DNA of 64,000 nt from Candidatus Altimarinota bacterium (GCA_041909865.1 JAYRRZ010000060.1:2928-66927), one strand, 5' to 3'; positions 34,918 through 43,245 are shown, numbered from the stretch's first letter. Numbers and translations: made by a program. The notes: a model not told the origin generated them from the letters alone.

Positions 34918-35196
34918 TTATTCCCCATCTTCAAAATTGACGGCTTTATAACACGCCTTATGTTCAGCCTTCATATCCTGTGCCCACTCAATTTCATAGA
35001 ATGCCGTACAACCTGAGCGGGAAACATATTTAATTCCGTCATATCGGAATCCCCCCACGCCAATATGGCGTGAAAGGATATTCACCGCACCCCGCAGGGT
35101 AGTCGCCTTTACCTTTAGGCGCGTTACCCATGAATAATTCAACACCCCGCCATATAAATCAGTGTAATCGAAATAAAACACTTGCTTGGTTTTCAT
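34918..35196 (-). CDS. hypothetical protein
   Basis: start at MKTKQVFYF, 2 nt after the upstream stop. Confidence 0.5.
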   Translation of the reverse strand: MKTKQVFYFDYTDLYGGVLNYSWVTRLKVKATTLRGAVNILSRHIGVGGFRYDGIKYVSRSGCTAFYEIEWAQDMKAEHKACYKAVNFEDGE

Positions 35197-35197
35197 G

Positions 35198-35431
35198 TCA
35201 TTCCTCTCTCGCATCCACCATAATAATGTTATAGCCAGCATCGGCTGGCAAGGATTGATGCATATCTAAACGATATTCCTTTGCCCCCATTCGCCGGGCG
35301 GTTTCCTTTGCGCTTGCAAGCATTCGCTTGAAATCAGGCTGATATTCTGTCTCAGTGTCCACCATTCCAGCAACATTGACACTATACCCATATTGATTCC
35401 CTACCTTGAAAAACTGAATAATCGCCTTCAT
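35198..35431 (-). CDS. hypothetical protein (77 aa)
   Basis: same-strand array. Confidence 0.5.
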   Translation of the reverse strand: MKAIIQFFKVGNQYGYSVNVAGMVDTETEYQPDFKRMLASAKETARRMGAKEYRLDMHQSLPADAGYNIIMVDAREE

Positions 35432-35443
35432 GTCATTATCCCC

Positions 35444-35722
35444 TCAAAGTACATAACATTTTTGAACGGGCGCAATAATCCCGCACAATTTGGTCTGTGT
35501 TGCGGGAGAGATATTAGCTCCCATCTTCCGCAACTCATACGCCACACACTGGGCATATTGCAAGCTATCGCTTTTCCCCGTTTGGGCATAGTGGCGCAAG
35601 GCGCGGCCCATAGCCAATGTAAGACGTTGCCGCTTTTCGGCTTTTGTCTCCCAGTCAAACCCGGACGGCTGGAGAGCCAGAACCAAACAAGCAAAAGCCA
35701 CAACAAAACAGAAAATAATCAT
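35444..35722 (-). CDS. secreted or membrane-anchored small protein
   Basis: N-terminal hydrophobic MIIFCFVVAFACLVLAL. Confidence 0.5.
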   Translation of the reverse strand: MIIFCFVVAFACLVLALQPSGFDWETKAEKRQRLTLAMGRALRHYAQTGKSDSLQYAQCVAYELRKMGANISPATQTKLCGIIAPVQKCYVL

Positions 35723-35734
35723 TTTCTTTTCCCC

Positions 35735-35953
35735 TTAACGGTTATCAACTGTAGCGGAAACATCCCCGCTAGTAATATGGCAAGTAGCCAGCCAATTTTG
35801 GCCGTCTTCATCCGCCTCGATAAACGGGACATAAACATATTGCCCCTGTACAAAAGCCGCGCCCATATCAATCTCGCAAGAAATCCCCTTTTCCGTGAAA
35901 CGCTTCGCTGCGCGGGAGAGGGCCAATTCTTCATGGTTAAATTTAACAATCAT
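35735..35953 (-). CDS. hypothetical protein
   Basis: start at MIVKFNHEE. Confidence 0.5.
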   Translation of the reverse strand: MIVKFNHEELALSRAAKRFTEKGISCEIDMGAAFVQGQYVYVPFIEADEDGQNWLATCHITSGDVSATVDNR

Positions 35954-36072
35954 TTTCTTTCTCCCCTTGCGCCTATGGCGCGTTAACAATTCACTTTAGC
36001 GATTGTTCGCCAGAACAATTCTCTTTATTGCTAACCCTCCTTTTGTGGGAAGGCTAGCTAAAAGGGAATTGA

Positions 36073-36258
36073 TTAAACTGAGTATTCCGAAAGGGTTTTA
36101 AACCCCTCCAATAATTCCACAGTTGTCACATGCGCGTGCCCTTTTTCCTTTGTTATGAACTGACACCACGACTTATATATAGCAATTGCTTGTTCGAAAG
36201 ACCTACCACTATAGACAGTACCAACTGTCCCATTAGTAACCACAGAAAATTGACGCAT
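36073..36258 (-). CDS. hypothetical protein
   Basis: start at MRQFSVV with SD AAGGGGA; first gene after non-coding block 36330-36960. Confidence 0.45.
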   Translation of the reverse strand: MRQFSVVTNGTVGTVYSGRSFEQAIAIYKSWCQFITKEKGHAHVTTVELLEGFKTLSEYSV

Positions 36259-36889
36259 CTTCTTTCCCCTTGTCGGCTTGTGCCGTGTTTTGATGATTTG
36301 CATTGTAGGGGAGGGGGAAAGGGGAGTCAATAACCTATCTTGTCAATTTGGGCCAATGTAACTTTTTTCTCTCTCCCCTCCCTTGCTAGGGCGAAGCAGA
36401 CAAGGGCGCAAGCCTGGCAAGCGATTTTTCCTTCTATATGCTGGCTTTTGTCGGCTGGCTATCTGGCATAGCCTAAAGCTATCAAAATTTGCATATGCAG
36501 ATAGCATGCCAACAATTCAAAAACCCGCGATCTTTATTTTTATAGGCTAGGGTACTGCCTGACGCCAGAACGCCTAAAAAGGGCCGTAGAACGCGTTTAA
36601 ACGCATATTGTTAAATGATGACAGAATGATACTTGGCATGGATGCTGCATAACGTGAATGGATGACACTAACAATTGTACCATTGTGCAATGTCATATAG
36701 GAAACGGATAGCTAGGGATAAAATAATATAGCTGGAATGGATGCAATGAGGGAGTGAATAGCTAGCTTGCTATCAAATCAGGGACATTAGGGACGAAAGC
36801 TGGACCATTTAACATGCCGCGCCACTAGCTAGGTGTCTATCTATCATGTTCCGGCTAATTTGATTTTCCTTTGTTTTTAAAAAGTGCTT

Positions 36890-36950
36890 GTGTCAAAAAT
36901 TTTCTAGGATTTTGAGTGAGTGGAAAACACGAACGAAAAATCATCCCCCC
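36890..36950 (+). repeat. 61-bp direct repeat, copy 1
   Basis: GTGTCAAAAATTTTCTAGGATTTTGAGTGAGTGGAAAACACGAACGAAAAATCATCCCCCC; 60/61 identical to 39990-40050. Confidence 0.9.
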
Positions 36951-36967
36951 CCTAGTCTTAAAATTCC

Positions 36968-37180
36968 TTATTTCCCCTTTTCCTTTGAATCTCTTTCAAT
37001 CATATATTCAATATGTTCCTTTGCGCGATTTATCCCTTTTTCGCCAAGATAACCGATAATGCCAACACGTGTTGAGTGCGTTATCCCTATTTTGTAAACC
37101 TCAAACCCTTTTTCTTTCTTATCTAATACCCAATAATATCCTTTTTCAAAAACAATTTCACTTTCTTTATAGCTTGACAT
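36968..37180 (-). CDS. hypothetical protein (70 aa)
   Basis: same-strand array, SD GAGGAAGG. Confidence 0.5.
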   Translation of the reverse strand: MSSYKESEIVFEKGYYWVLDKKEKGFEVYKIGITHSTRVGIIGYLGEKGINRAKEHIEYMIERDSKEKGK

Positions 37181-37266
37181 TTCTCGCCTTCCTCAATAAT
37201 CAAGATTCAAAAAAAGGGCCGACAAAATATTTAGCATAGAAATATCGGCCCTAGAAATATGACTAC

Positions 37267-37782
37267 TCAAAAATCATGCGGATTTGTCACATAAACATCC
37301 AGTGCAATTTCAACAATATCCCCGTTATACACCATGTCCCGGCCGAGTGCGTCATAATCGAAATAACACGCAAGATTTCCCATCATCTTCTCAATGTTAT
37401 AACAATCTGACACGAATTCTTCCGCATACTCCCCCGGCGTCCCCTCAAAAATGCACACTTCATCAACCTTGTCGAACACTTCATCACAAAAAACATCTTG
37501 CCAAAGCGTAGCATCACACAAGAATTGAAAGGCGTATTGTTCACGGCTATCAAGCCCTGCGTACTTATCCGCCCACTCAATCCACTGTTCCAGATTGCAC
37601 TGACTGGGAGGCACAATTTTGGCAAAATCGCTAGCTTCCTCATCAATCGCTTGAATCTCATACTCTTCGACAGGCTGGCCAGAAGAGTTAAGGTTAGCCT
37701 CTGCTTTTTCTGCATACTCTTCAAAAGAGTCAAAATAGAAGCCTTGGGCGGAAACATCGTAAGGTTGGGCGAACAGTTGCAT
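37267..37782 (-). CDS. ardA: ArdA-like antirestriction protein
   Basis: 171 aa, very acidic; C-terminal AEEFVSDCYNIEKMMGNLACYFDYDALGRDMVYNGDIVEI parallels the ArdA ...YIDY.AYGRDL...G.F.. region (Tn916 Orf18 as I remember it). Confidence 0.6.
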   Translation of the reverse strand: MQLFAQPYDVSAQGFYFDSFEEYAEKAEANLNSSGQPVEEYEIQAIDEEASDFAKIVPPSQCNLEQWIEWADKYAGLDSREQYAFQFLCDATLWQDVFCDEVFDKVDEVCIFEGTPGEYAEEFVSDCYNIEKMMGNLACYFDYDALGRDMVYNGDIVEIALDVYVTNPHDF

Positions 37783-37859
37783 AATCTTGTCTCTCTTGAT
37801 GTTGAGGCACTACCATTAGCGCCTTGTATGATTGATGATATAGCCTATCGGCTAAGGTG

Positions 37860-38204
37860 TCAAGCCCTTACAAAATAAAAATCAGTAGACTTTTCATCTT
37901 GCCATTTTTCAGACTTCAAAAATTTCCATTTTCCCTTGATTCCTTGATTCTTTCTTGCCACTTGTAAAATTTCCTCATGCGAAGGTTCGCCAAGATTACA
38001 CAAATGGTCAACCCGGCAATATAGCCCTTCGCTGTCCGGCTGGAATGCCACTACCCTATCATGCTTTCCATAGTTAGTGATGACAGAATCTTGATCTAGT
38101 TTCAAAAGGTTTAAATGACCAAAACATCCATGCCATTTATCACCCCAAGCGTTAACATAGTGAAGTTTTTCATCTTTCCACTGTTCACCTGTACAGAGCT
38201 TCAT
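37860..38204 (-). CDS. hypothetical protein (114 aa)
   Basis: same-strand array. Confidence 0.5.
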   Translation of the reverse strand: MKLCTGEQWKDEKLHYVNAWGDKWHGCFGHLNLLKLDQDSVITNYGKHDRVVAFQPDSEGLYCRVDHLCNLGEPSHEEILQVARKNQGIKGKWKFLKSEKWQDEKSTDFYFVRA

Positions 38205-38280
38205 AATTCTGTCCTCTTGTGCGTTTCAATGTACCAATTATTGCATGATATAGTGGAACATGCAATAAGGGAGTGTAAAG

Positions 38281-38302
38281 AAATGTAACATCCTTGTTAC
38301 AT
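38281..38302. promoter_or_regulatory. inverted pair of the AATGTAACA motif (operator or hairpin)
   Basis: AATGTAACA-TCCT-TGTTACATT, 8-9 bp arms, intergenic. Confidence 0.6.
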
Positions 38303-38304
38303 TG

Positions 38305-38622
38305 TCATTTCAAAAAGCCACAATGCCGCAAGGCTTTTTCCCAATAACGCATAGTGCGGGCATTTCCTCGCTTGGGATGCAAAGAATAGCTAACCTCCTC
38401 GCAAGTAGAATAATCTTCAATTTGTGGATAGGTGGATAACCAAGAATCAGCACAAGCGGGATAATCGCTTGTTTGGCTATATCCCTTGCTTTCAATATAA
38501 TCCACTAACTCGCGTAAAGTGAATTCCCTATCTTCAAAAGTGAAGCCCCTTTCTTCAGCCTCCCCATTTTCAGCACTTTCCGGAGTGACAATTTTGTAAC
38601 ATTCAGAAATAATCAAAGGCAT
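38305..38622 (-). CDS. hypothetical acidic protein
   Basis: start at MPLIISE, 2 nt after the upstream small-ORF stop. Confidence 0.5.
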   Translation of the reverse strand: MPLIISECYKIVTPESAENGEAEERGFTFEDREFTLRELVDYIESKGYSQTSDYPACADSWLSTYPQIEDYSTCEEVSYSLHPKRGNARTMRYWEKALRHCGFLK

Positions 38623-38624
38623 TC

Positions 38625-38792
38625 TCAATTCCCCAATTGTGCAAGCCATTGCTTAAACGCTTGCGTGACGTTGTCAAGCCTTTCCAGCTTAGTCAACAAT
38701 ATTTTATCCGCTTCCTTCTCAGGATTAAAGCGGATAATAATCTGTTTCACTTTGCTGGCGTACTGCTTTTGTGAGGGGCCATATGTTGACAT
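38625..38792 (-). CDS. small hypothetical protein (55 aa), possibly RHH-like
   Basis: not in ORF track; TAAATG junction with the upstream gene; KVKQIIIRFNPEKEADKILLTKLE suggests a beta-strand + helix DNA-binding fold (weak). Confidence 0.4.
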   Translation of the reverse strand: MSTYGPSQKQYASKVKQIIIRFNPEKEADKILLTKLERLDNVTQAFKQWLAQLGN

Positions 38793-39098
38793 TTAATTTT
38801 CCTCCTCTTCCGTTTCATCACCATTTTTAGCAATTGGTGGGAGGCTTTTCCAGTATAACACATTATCATATCTGAGCGAATCTTCCCAAGGGGAATTTAT
38901 CTCTAAAAATACCCGTAAGTCATGGTCATTTCGACGACAAGCGAACTCCATAAGGGTACAAGCAATTCGGAAAACATCCCCCGTAACTGCTAGGCAGTAT
39001 TCCCCATACATTCCTCGCCCGGAATAATTCATAACATCAAATCCGCCCAAGGATTCCGAGCATTCGATGATAGATTCCGCAATGGCTTGACAGTTCAT
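38793..39098 (-). CDS. hypothetical acidic protein (101 aa)
   Basis: YSGRGMYGEYCLAV motif seen in other phage/plasmid small proteins (recollection); acidic tail. Confidence 0.5.
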   Translation of the reverse strand: MNCQAIAESIIECSESLGGFDVMNYSGRGMYGEYCLAVTGDVFRIACTLMEFACRRNDHDLRVFLEINSPWEDSLRYDNVLYWKSLPPIAKNGDETEEEEN

Positions 39099-39113
39099 TT
39101 TTCATTTCCTCGC

Positions 39114-39290
39114 TTACAGTTCAATAAAATCAGAATCAATATCTGGAGCATAACACACTTCAATCCGGTCATCCCTTGTTAGCAGATTGCGTGCCTTTTC
39201 CTTCACTTGTTCTTCATTCTCTCCCTTGATAAGCCAGCGGGAATAGTTATTAGCCCTCCAATGGTAAATCACCACATAAAAAATCTTCAT
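39114..39290 (-). CDS. small hypothetical protein (58 aa)
   Basis: not in ORF track; MKIFYVVIYHW..., fills the gap between flanking genes. Confidence 0.4.
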   Translation of the reverse strand: MKIFYVVIYHWRANNYSRWLIKGENEEQVKEKARNLLTRDDRIEVCYAPDIDSDFIEL

Positions 39291-39364
39291 CTTGACACCT
39301 CTTCACATTTCTATTACGTTGCCGCCTATCTTATGATAAGCGCCTTAGACACATGATAGCTATA

Positions 39365-39574
39365 TCACTTGAGAGTGTCAAGTGATTTCATCCACCACTC
39401 AAGAGCTAATTTCAATGCGAATGTATCCACATAGTGAACGGATTGTTGCAGGAAGTAACCACAAGTCCGCATCCACCACTTATAATTTGCAATCGCTTCA
39501 TTTTCAGGAAAAAGCAATTCCAGTAATTCATCATCGGTTGCAGGGGGAAAGACAAAATCTTTAAAGCTAGTCAT
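39365..39574 (-). CDS. hypothetical protein (69 aa)
   Basis: start at MTSFKDF with SD GAGGA; first gene after non-coding block 39700-40050. Confidence 0.45.
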   Translation of the reverse strand: MTSFKDFVFPPATDDELLELLFPENEAIANYKWWMRTCGYFLQQSVHYVDTFALKLALEWWMKSLDTLK

Positions 39575-39989
39575 CTTGTGTTCCTCGCTTGTGCGTTGTG
39601 TTGATAAGCGAATGATATAGCCCTTCCCTTGATATAGCAAGCGGAAAGCACAAGCTAGAATGTAACAGATTGTAAACGATAAAACAGGGTTAGGCATATA
39701 TAGAAGAAATTGCCCGCCTAGCGTCCAATACGCTTAAACGCTCAGAAATGCGATTTAAGCCTGTTTGATAGGGGAAAGGCTACAAGGGTAGGGGGAAGGA
39801 GGAGAAAAGGGCAGGAAAGGCCCATAGAAGCGATTTTAGAGCTATTCCGCTATGGCTGGCGGTAGCATTGTCTGGAGCAACACACATTAGGGATGATTTC
39901 TCAAAGAATTTAACATTCCCCGCCACCCTCTTTCCTTGTCGCCGCCCCTTGCGGCTGATTTGAAATCCCCTCTTTTCAAAAAATCCCTC

Positions 39990-40050
39990 GTGTCAAAAAT
40001 TTCCTAGGATTTTGAGTGAGTGGAAAACACGAACGAAAAATCATCCCCCC
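39990..40050 (+). repeat. 61-bp direct repeat, copy 2
   Basis: 60/61 identical to 36890-36950, exactly 3100 bp to the right. Confidence 0.9.
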
Positions 40051-40381
40051 TATAAGAGAAATTCCCTCTTGTCCTCACGGACAAAACACAACATTCTTGC
40101 TGTTCCAGCAAAGCTACACACAAAACAACAAATGTAAAAGCATTACAAGAAACACAACACAAAGCGACAGCTTTAAAAGCAATACACAAAACCATTGATA
40201 CAACAAACAATGAAATGTGTATGTATTATTGACAAGCATTGCTTGTCAGCAGAACACAAGCATTCCTACGGAATGAATTGTACACATCTTTAATTCAGGG
40301 ATTTGAAAATCTTTCCTCAAAAATATCTGGTATTAAAATATCCCTAAAAATATCCCACATGAAATATTGAATGGGATATAT

Positions 40382-40426
40382 TGTACAGCATGTGCTGTAC
40401 ATGGGAGGATGTTGTGCGAAGCACAA
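40382..40426. promoter_or_regulatory. conserved control element: TGTACAGCA-N2-TGCTGTACA palindrome + TTGTGCGAAGCACAA hairpin
   Basis: second copy of the element at 20319-20365; preceded by the TGACAAGCA-T-TGCTTGTCA palindrome (40231-40249) and the CATTCC-TAC-GGAATG hairpin (40261-40275). Confidence 0.6.
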
Positions 40427-40641
40427 AATATACTCTTCTTTAAAAGAAGGGTCTTCGTGCGGCTTTCCGCACAAGTGGGGACAACGTATGCGGAGCATAC
40501 AATGTAACATGATTGAAATTTGTTGTGAATTTCAACTAAGGGTTGAATTTGTTAGATAGGATGTAATCAAGAAAGGTTGTGTTTGTTCTTCTTTATTTAT
40601 ATATTTTCTGTTCTATTATCTAATAACTAACCTTTAATGGT

Positions 40642-40702
40642 GTGCAACTATTGCACCATGCCTAAGTGCAACCATTGCACTATGAACGTGCAGGATTTGC
40701 AC
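40642..40702. promoter_or_regulatory. three tandem palindromic operators GTGCAA-N3-TTGCAC
   Basis: GTGCAACTATTGCAC 40642, GTGCAACCATTGCAC 40666, GTGCAGGATTTGCAC 40688; spacing 24 and 22 bp; just upstream of promoter 40740. Confidence 0.7.
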
Positions 40703-40739
40703 TATGCCCCGTTCTTTACTTTGTGTTACAAAGTACTTC

Positions 40740-40768
40740 TTGCTTTATTTCATATACAGCTTTATACT
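40740..40768 (+). promoter_or_regulatory. sigma70-type promoter of the rightward replication module
   Basis: TTGCTT, 17 nt, TATACT; preceded by palindrome TACTTTGT-GTT-ACAAAGTA (40715-40733). Confidence 0.55.
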
Positions 40769-40802
40769 GAATGTAGGAGGGGAATTATACGGAGATACAA
40801 CA

Positions 40803-41051
40803 ATGCTTGACAACCAGAAAAAGTTCAACTATCGTGATGCTTCTGAGCAAGAAGTATTGGACCATGTGCTGCAATCCACACACCAAGCCGTACAAGCGGC
40901 TAAGGCATACTACACTAGACAAGGGGAAAGAGATGTTGTAAAACGCATCAACGATGCTCGTGATAAGGCTAAGATGATTAGGCTTCAACTTAAAATAGAG
41001 GAATCCCGCAATGAAGTTGATGGTGGAAATACCAACATCTATGGTGAGTAA
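40803..41051 (+). CDS. hypothetical protein
   Basis: start at MLDNQKK downstream of the promoter, SD GGAG. Confidence 0.5.
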   Translation: MLDNQKKFNYRDASEQEVLDHVLQSTHQAVQAAKAYYTRQGERDVVKRINDARDKAKMIRLQLKIEESRNEVDGGNTNIYGE

Positions 41052-41223
41052 GATTGACGAAGTGAGAGGAGAGATGAGTAGGGCAGCATATTTATTTAAC
41101 AGCTTAAAAATTAAGCTGGACAAAGACAGAGAAACATTAAACGAATCCGCCACGCAAAGGGGAGAACAACATGAAGCAGAAAAAGGAAATAATTACAATT
41201 TCCAGTCAATTCGAGTTGACTAA
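41011..41223 (+). CDS. ribbon-helix-helix (Arc/CopG-like) DNA-binding protein
   Basis: MVEIPTSMVSKIDEVRGEMSRAAYLFNSLKIKL fits the beta-strand + two-helix RHH pattern with conserved SR; SD GAGGA. Confidence 0.5.
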   Translation: MKLMVEIPTSMVSKIDEVRGEMSRAAYLFNSLKIKLDKDRETLNESATQRGEQHEAEKGNNYNFQSIRVD

Positions 41224-41602
41224 ATACATCTTCAACTCTATCAAGAAAAATCACTTGTCCCAATCTGAACGTGATGTGCTATTGGCTATTGTCAATTTCA
41301 TGTCTCCAAAAAATGATTGGACAAGTTATCCCTCCTACGAAAAGATAGCCGATCTAGCTCTAGTCAGTGTACGCACAGCAAAATCGGCTGTCAAAGTTCT
41401 CAAAGAAAAGAAATTAATCTCTTACAAACAAGGAAGAAGTGGTGTTTCTAATGCCTATTCTTTTTCTTTTGATGGCATATCTTCTTTGACAGAAATCCCT
41501 GTTAAATATTCTAAAACAAACAATGCAAATAGTAAGGAATCAAATGTGTCTACTTACTACGGCATAGACGACGATGAATTTTTGAAGGATGCTCCCTTCT
41601 AG
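41171..41602 (+). CDS. winged-helix DNA-binding protein (replication initiator or regulator candidate)
   Basis: SYPSYEKIADLALVSVRTAKSAVKVLKEKKLISY is a typical wHTH of phage Rep/DnaD-like or MarR-like proteins. Confidence 0.5.
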   Translation: MKQKKEIITISSQFELTKYIFNSIKKNHLSQSERDVLLAIVNFMSPKNDWTSYPSYEKIADLALVSVRTAKSAVKVLKEKKLISYKQGRSGVSNAYSFSFDGISSLTEIPVKYSKTNNANSKESNVSTYYGIDDDEFLKDAPF

Positions 41603-41605
41603 GAC

Positions 41606-41634
41606 TTGACACCCCTCTCACAACATGCCACAAT
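41606..41634 (+). promoter_or_regulatory. promoter, TTGACACCCCTC class
   Basis: TTGACA, 17 nt, CACAAT. Confidence 0.4.
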
Positions 41635-41659
41635 GCACACATTGAAACGGAGAACTGCC

Positions 41660-41818
41660 ATGAAAACCTTCTACAAAGTAACAAAACACTTCACCTCTGG
41701 CCCACTTGAAGGGATGACTATTACAGAAGTGACGACTGTCAAGATGGAGACTGGTAAAGAGTATTCTTCTTGCGACAATAAAACCAAATACACTGTAACA
41801 GCTTGTGAGGAAGCATGA
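41660..41818 (+). CDS. hypothetical protein (52 aa)
   Basis: start at MKTFYKV with SD GGAG. Confidence 0.45.
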   Translation: MKTFYKVTKHFTSGPLEGMTITEVTTVKMETGKEYSSCDNKTKYTVTACEEA

Positions 41819-42210
41819 TGGCTAAAGACAGAGTTAAAGCTATAGCAAATGTCCGAGGAGGGTGGATGTGTGCTTGGGTATATGTTGACCGCAGGTATAT
41901 GTATAATGGTGCTGGAGCATTTGAGGTCACGTTGCATAATTCTCTTGAATGTTGTGATGCTCTTGAAAAAGCTGTAGAGATGTGCAATGAAAGTATTTAC
42001 AATGGGAATGGATACAACAAAGAAGGACATTGGAAGTGCGGAGAAATCGATGTTTACAAATGTGTTGGTGATAGCATTACAATGATCGTAAATAAGAGAC
42101 GTGTCTTGTTCAATGGAGATAAAGAGCAAGCAAAAGCAATCATAAAAGCTACAAGAGCCGCACACGATATTGCAGATAAGGAATATGAAAAGGAAATGCG
42201 GAAATGGTGA
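41815..42210 (+). CDS. hypothetical protein
   Basis: 131 aa, ATGA overlap. Confidence 0.5.
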   Translation: MMAKDRVKAIANVRGGWMCAWVYVDRRYMYNGAGAFEVTLHNSLECCDALEKAVEMCNESIYNGNGYNKEGHWKCGEIDVYKCVGDSITMIVNKRRVLFNGDKEQAKAIIKATRAAHDIADKEYEKEMRKW

Positions 42211-42569
42211 GTAAGAAAACAGATATTAAAGTTGGTCAGATTTGCTGGACAACTGGTGGGCATGTCATGGATTTCCTAAATGGAAGACTTGTTAAAGTTA
42301 CAAAGGTTTCCAAGAACGGAAGTGTGGAAGTGAGGCTGCTAAATCCGACAGCACAAGATGTTATTGCTCTTGGCAAGGATTGTAGTTTTGGGTATTCAAA
42401 TTCTTTTTGGTTATTCACATCTCCTGAAGATTGGCGAGACTGGATGGAGGGAGGTCCAGACAGTGTTACTCAACCCGTTGAGCAAAAGAAAGAGTTGACA
42501 TGCCATTCTTGTTCTAGTAAGATTACATCCAAGATGAAGTTTTGTGCTGAGTGTGGTGCAAAACTTTAA
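42204..42569 (+). CDS. hypothetical protein with C-terminal zinc ribbon
   Basis: CHSC...CAEC at the C-terminus; N-terminal KVGQ SH3/KOW-like start. Confidence 0.5.
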   Translation: MVSKKTDIKVGQICWTTGGHVMDFLNGRLVKVTKVSKNGSVEVRLLNPTAQDVIALGKDCSFGYSNSFWLFTSPEDWRDWMEGGPDSVTQPVEQKKELTCHSCSSKITSKMKFCAECGAKL

Positions 42570-42589
42570 ACCCAAATCCGGAGAACATC

Positions 42590-42808
42590 ATGGGAACACG
42601 GTATAACATCACTCTTTCTGACATCACTGAAAAGATGGGAAGAGAGGTTGAATATGATAGCATTACAGGGTTGCGTCATGTTGTAGGGGGAATTTGTGGA
42701 TGGGATTTCTCCTCTTTTGGTGGACATACTTTTTCTGGCCCTAATATCGGTAAGCCGGAATTGGATGAAATCTTCCGCCAATATAATGTAAAGCCTGAGT
42801 ATTATTGA
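42590..42808 (+). CDS. hypothetical protein
   Basis: start at MGTRYN, SD GGAG. Confidence 0.5.
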   Translation: MGTRYNITLSDITEKMGREVEYDSITGLRHVVGGICGWDFSSFGGHTFSGPNIGKPELDEIFRQYNVKPEYY

Positions 42809-42835
42809 CATTGTGTTGCTATTTGGAGAAATGAA

Positions 42836-43000
42836 ATGACTAAGTACAACGTGCGTATCAGCTTCAATGGGGACTTCTTCTATACCGAAGTGAATGCCTC
42901 TTGTCGCAATGAAGCTATCAAGAAGGGGCGCAAGAAGTTCCGTGCTTCCTCTTGTGGGAATATGAAGATTGACGCAATTCATGCTGTGCAAGTGATTTGA
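42836..43000 (+). CDS. small hypothetical protein (54 aa)
   Basis: not in ORF track; SD GGAG; fills an intergenic gap. Confidence 0.4.
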   Translation: MTKYNVRISFNGDFFYTEVNASCRNEAIKKGRKKFRASSCGNMKIDAIHAVQVI

Positions 43001-43010
43001 GAAAACAGAA

Positions 43011-43244
43011 ATGACCATGCTAGAATGTCTTTCCCTTCTTCTCTTGCCACAACACTCTGAAATGTGGATGCGTCCTAAGCGTTGGAAGGGATGTAAGATG
43101 GCGTATTGTTTGAGCTTTGATAAGCTGAATACAGAGCTTGTCCCCGGAAGACGAGGTGGAGAGGCAGCAATGACATGTTGTGTATATTCCCTCCTTGAAG
43201 AGTGGGAAATTGTTTCTCCTGATACTGTTTTGAATGGTGAATGA
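43011..43244 (+). CDS. hypothetical protein
   Basis: 77 aa. Confidence 0.45.
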   Translation: MTMLECLSLLLLPQHSEMWMRPKRWKGCKMAYCLSFDKLNTELVPGRRGGEAAMTCCVYSLLEEWEIVSPDTVLNGE

Positions 43245-43245
43245 T

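Noticed and set aside
40004-40210. 68-aa minus and 60-aa plus ORFs in the CA-rich tract
   Set aside because: The repetitive ACACAAC sequence gives low-complexity translations (Cys/Val or Thr/Gln/Asn runs). They overlap the 61-bp repeat and have no SD.
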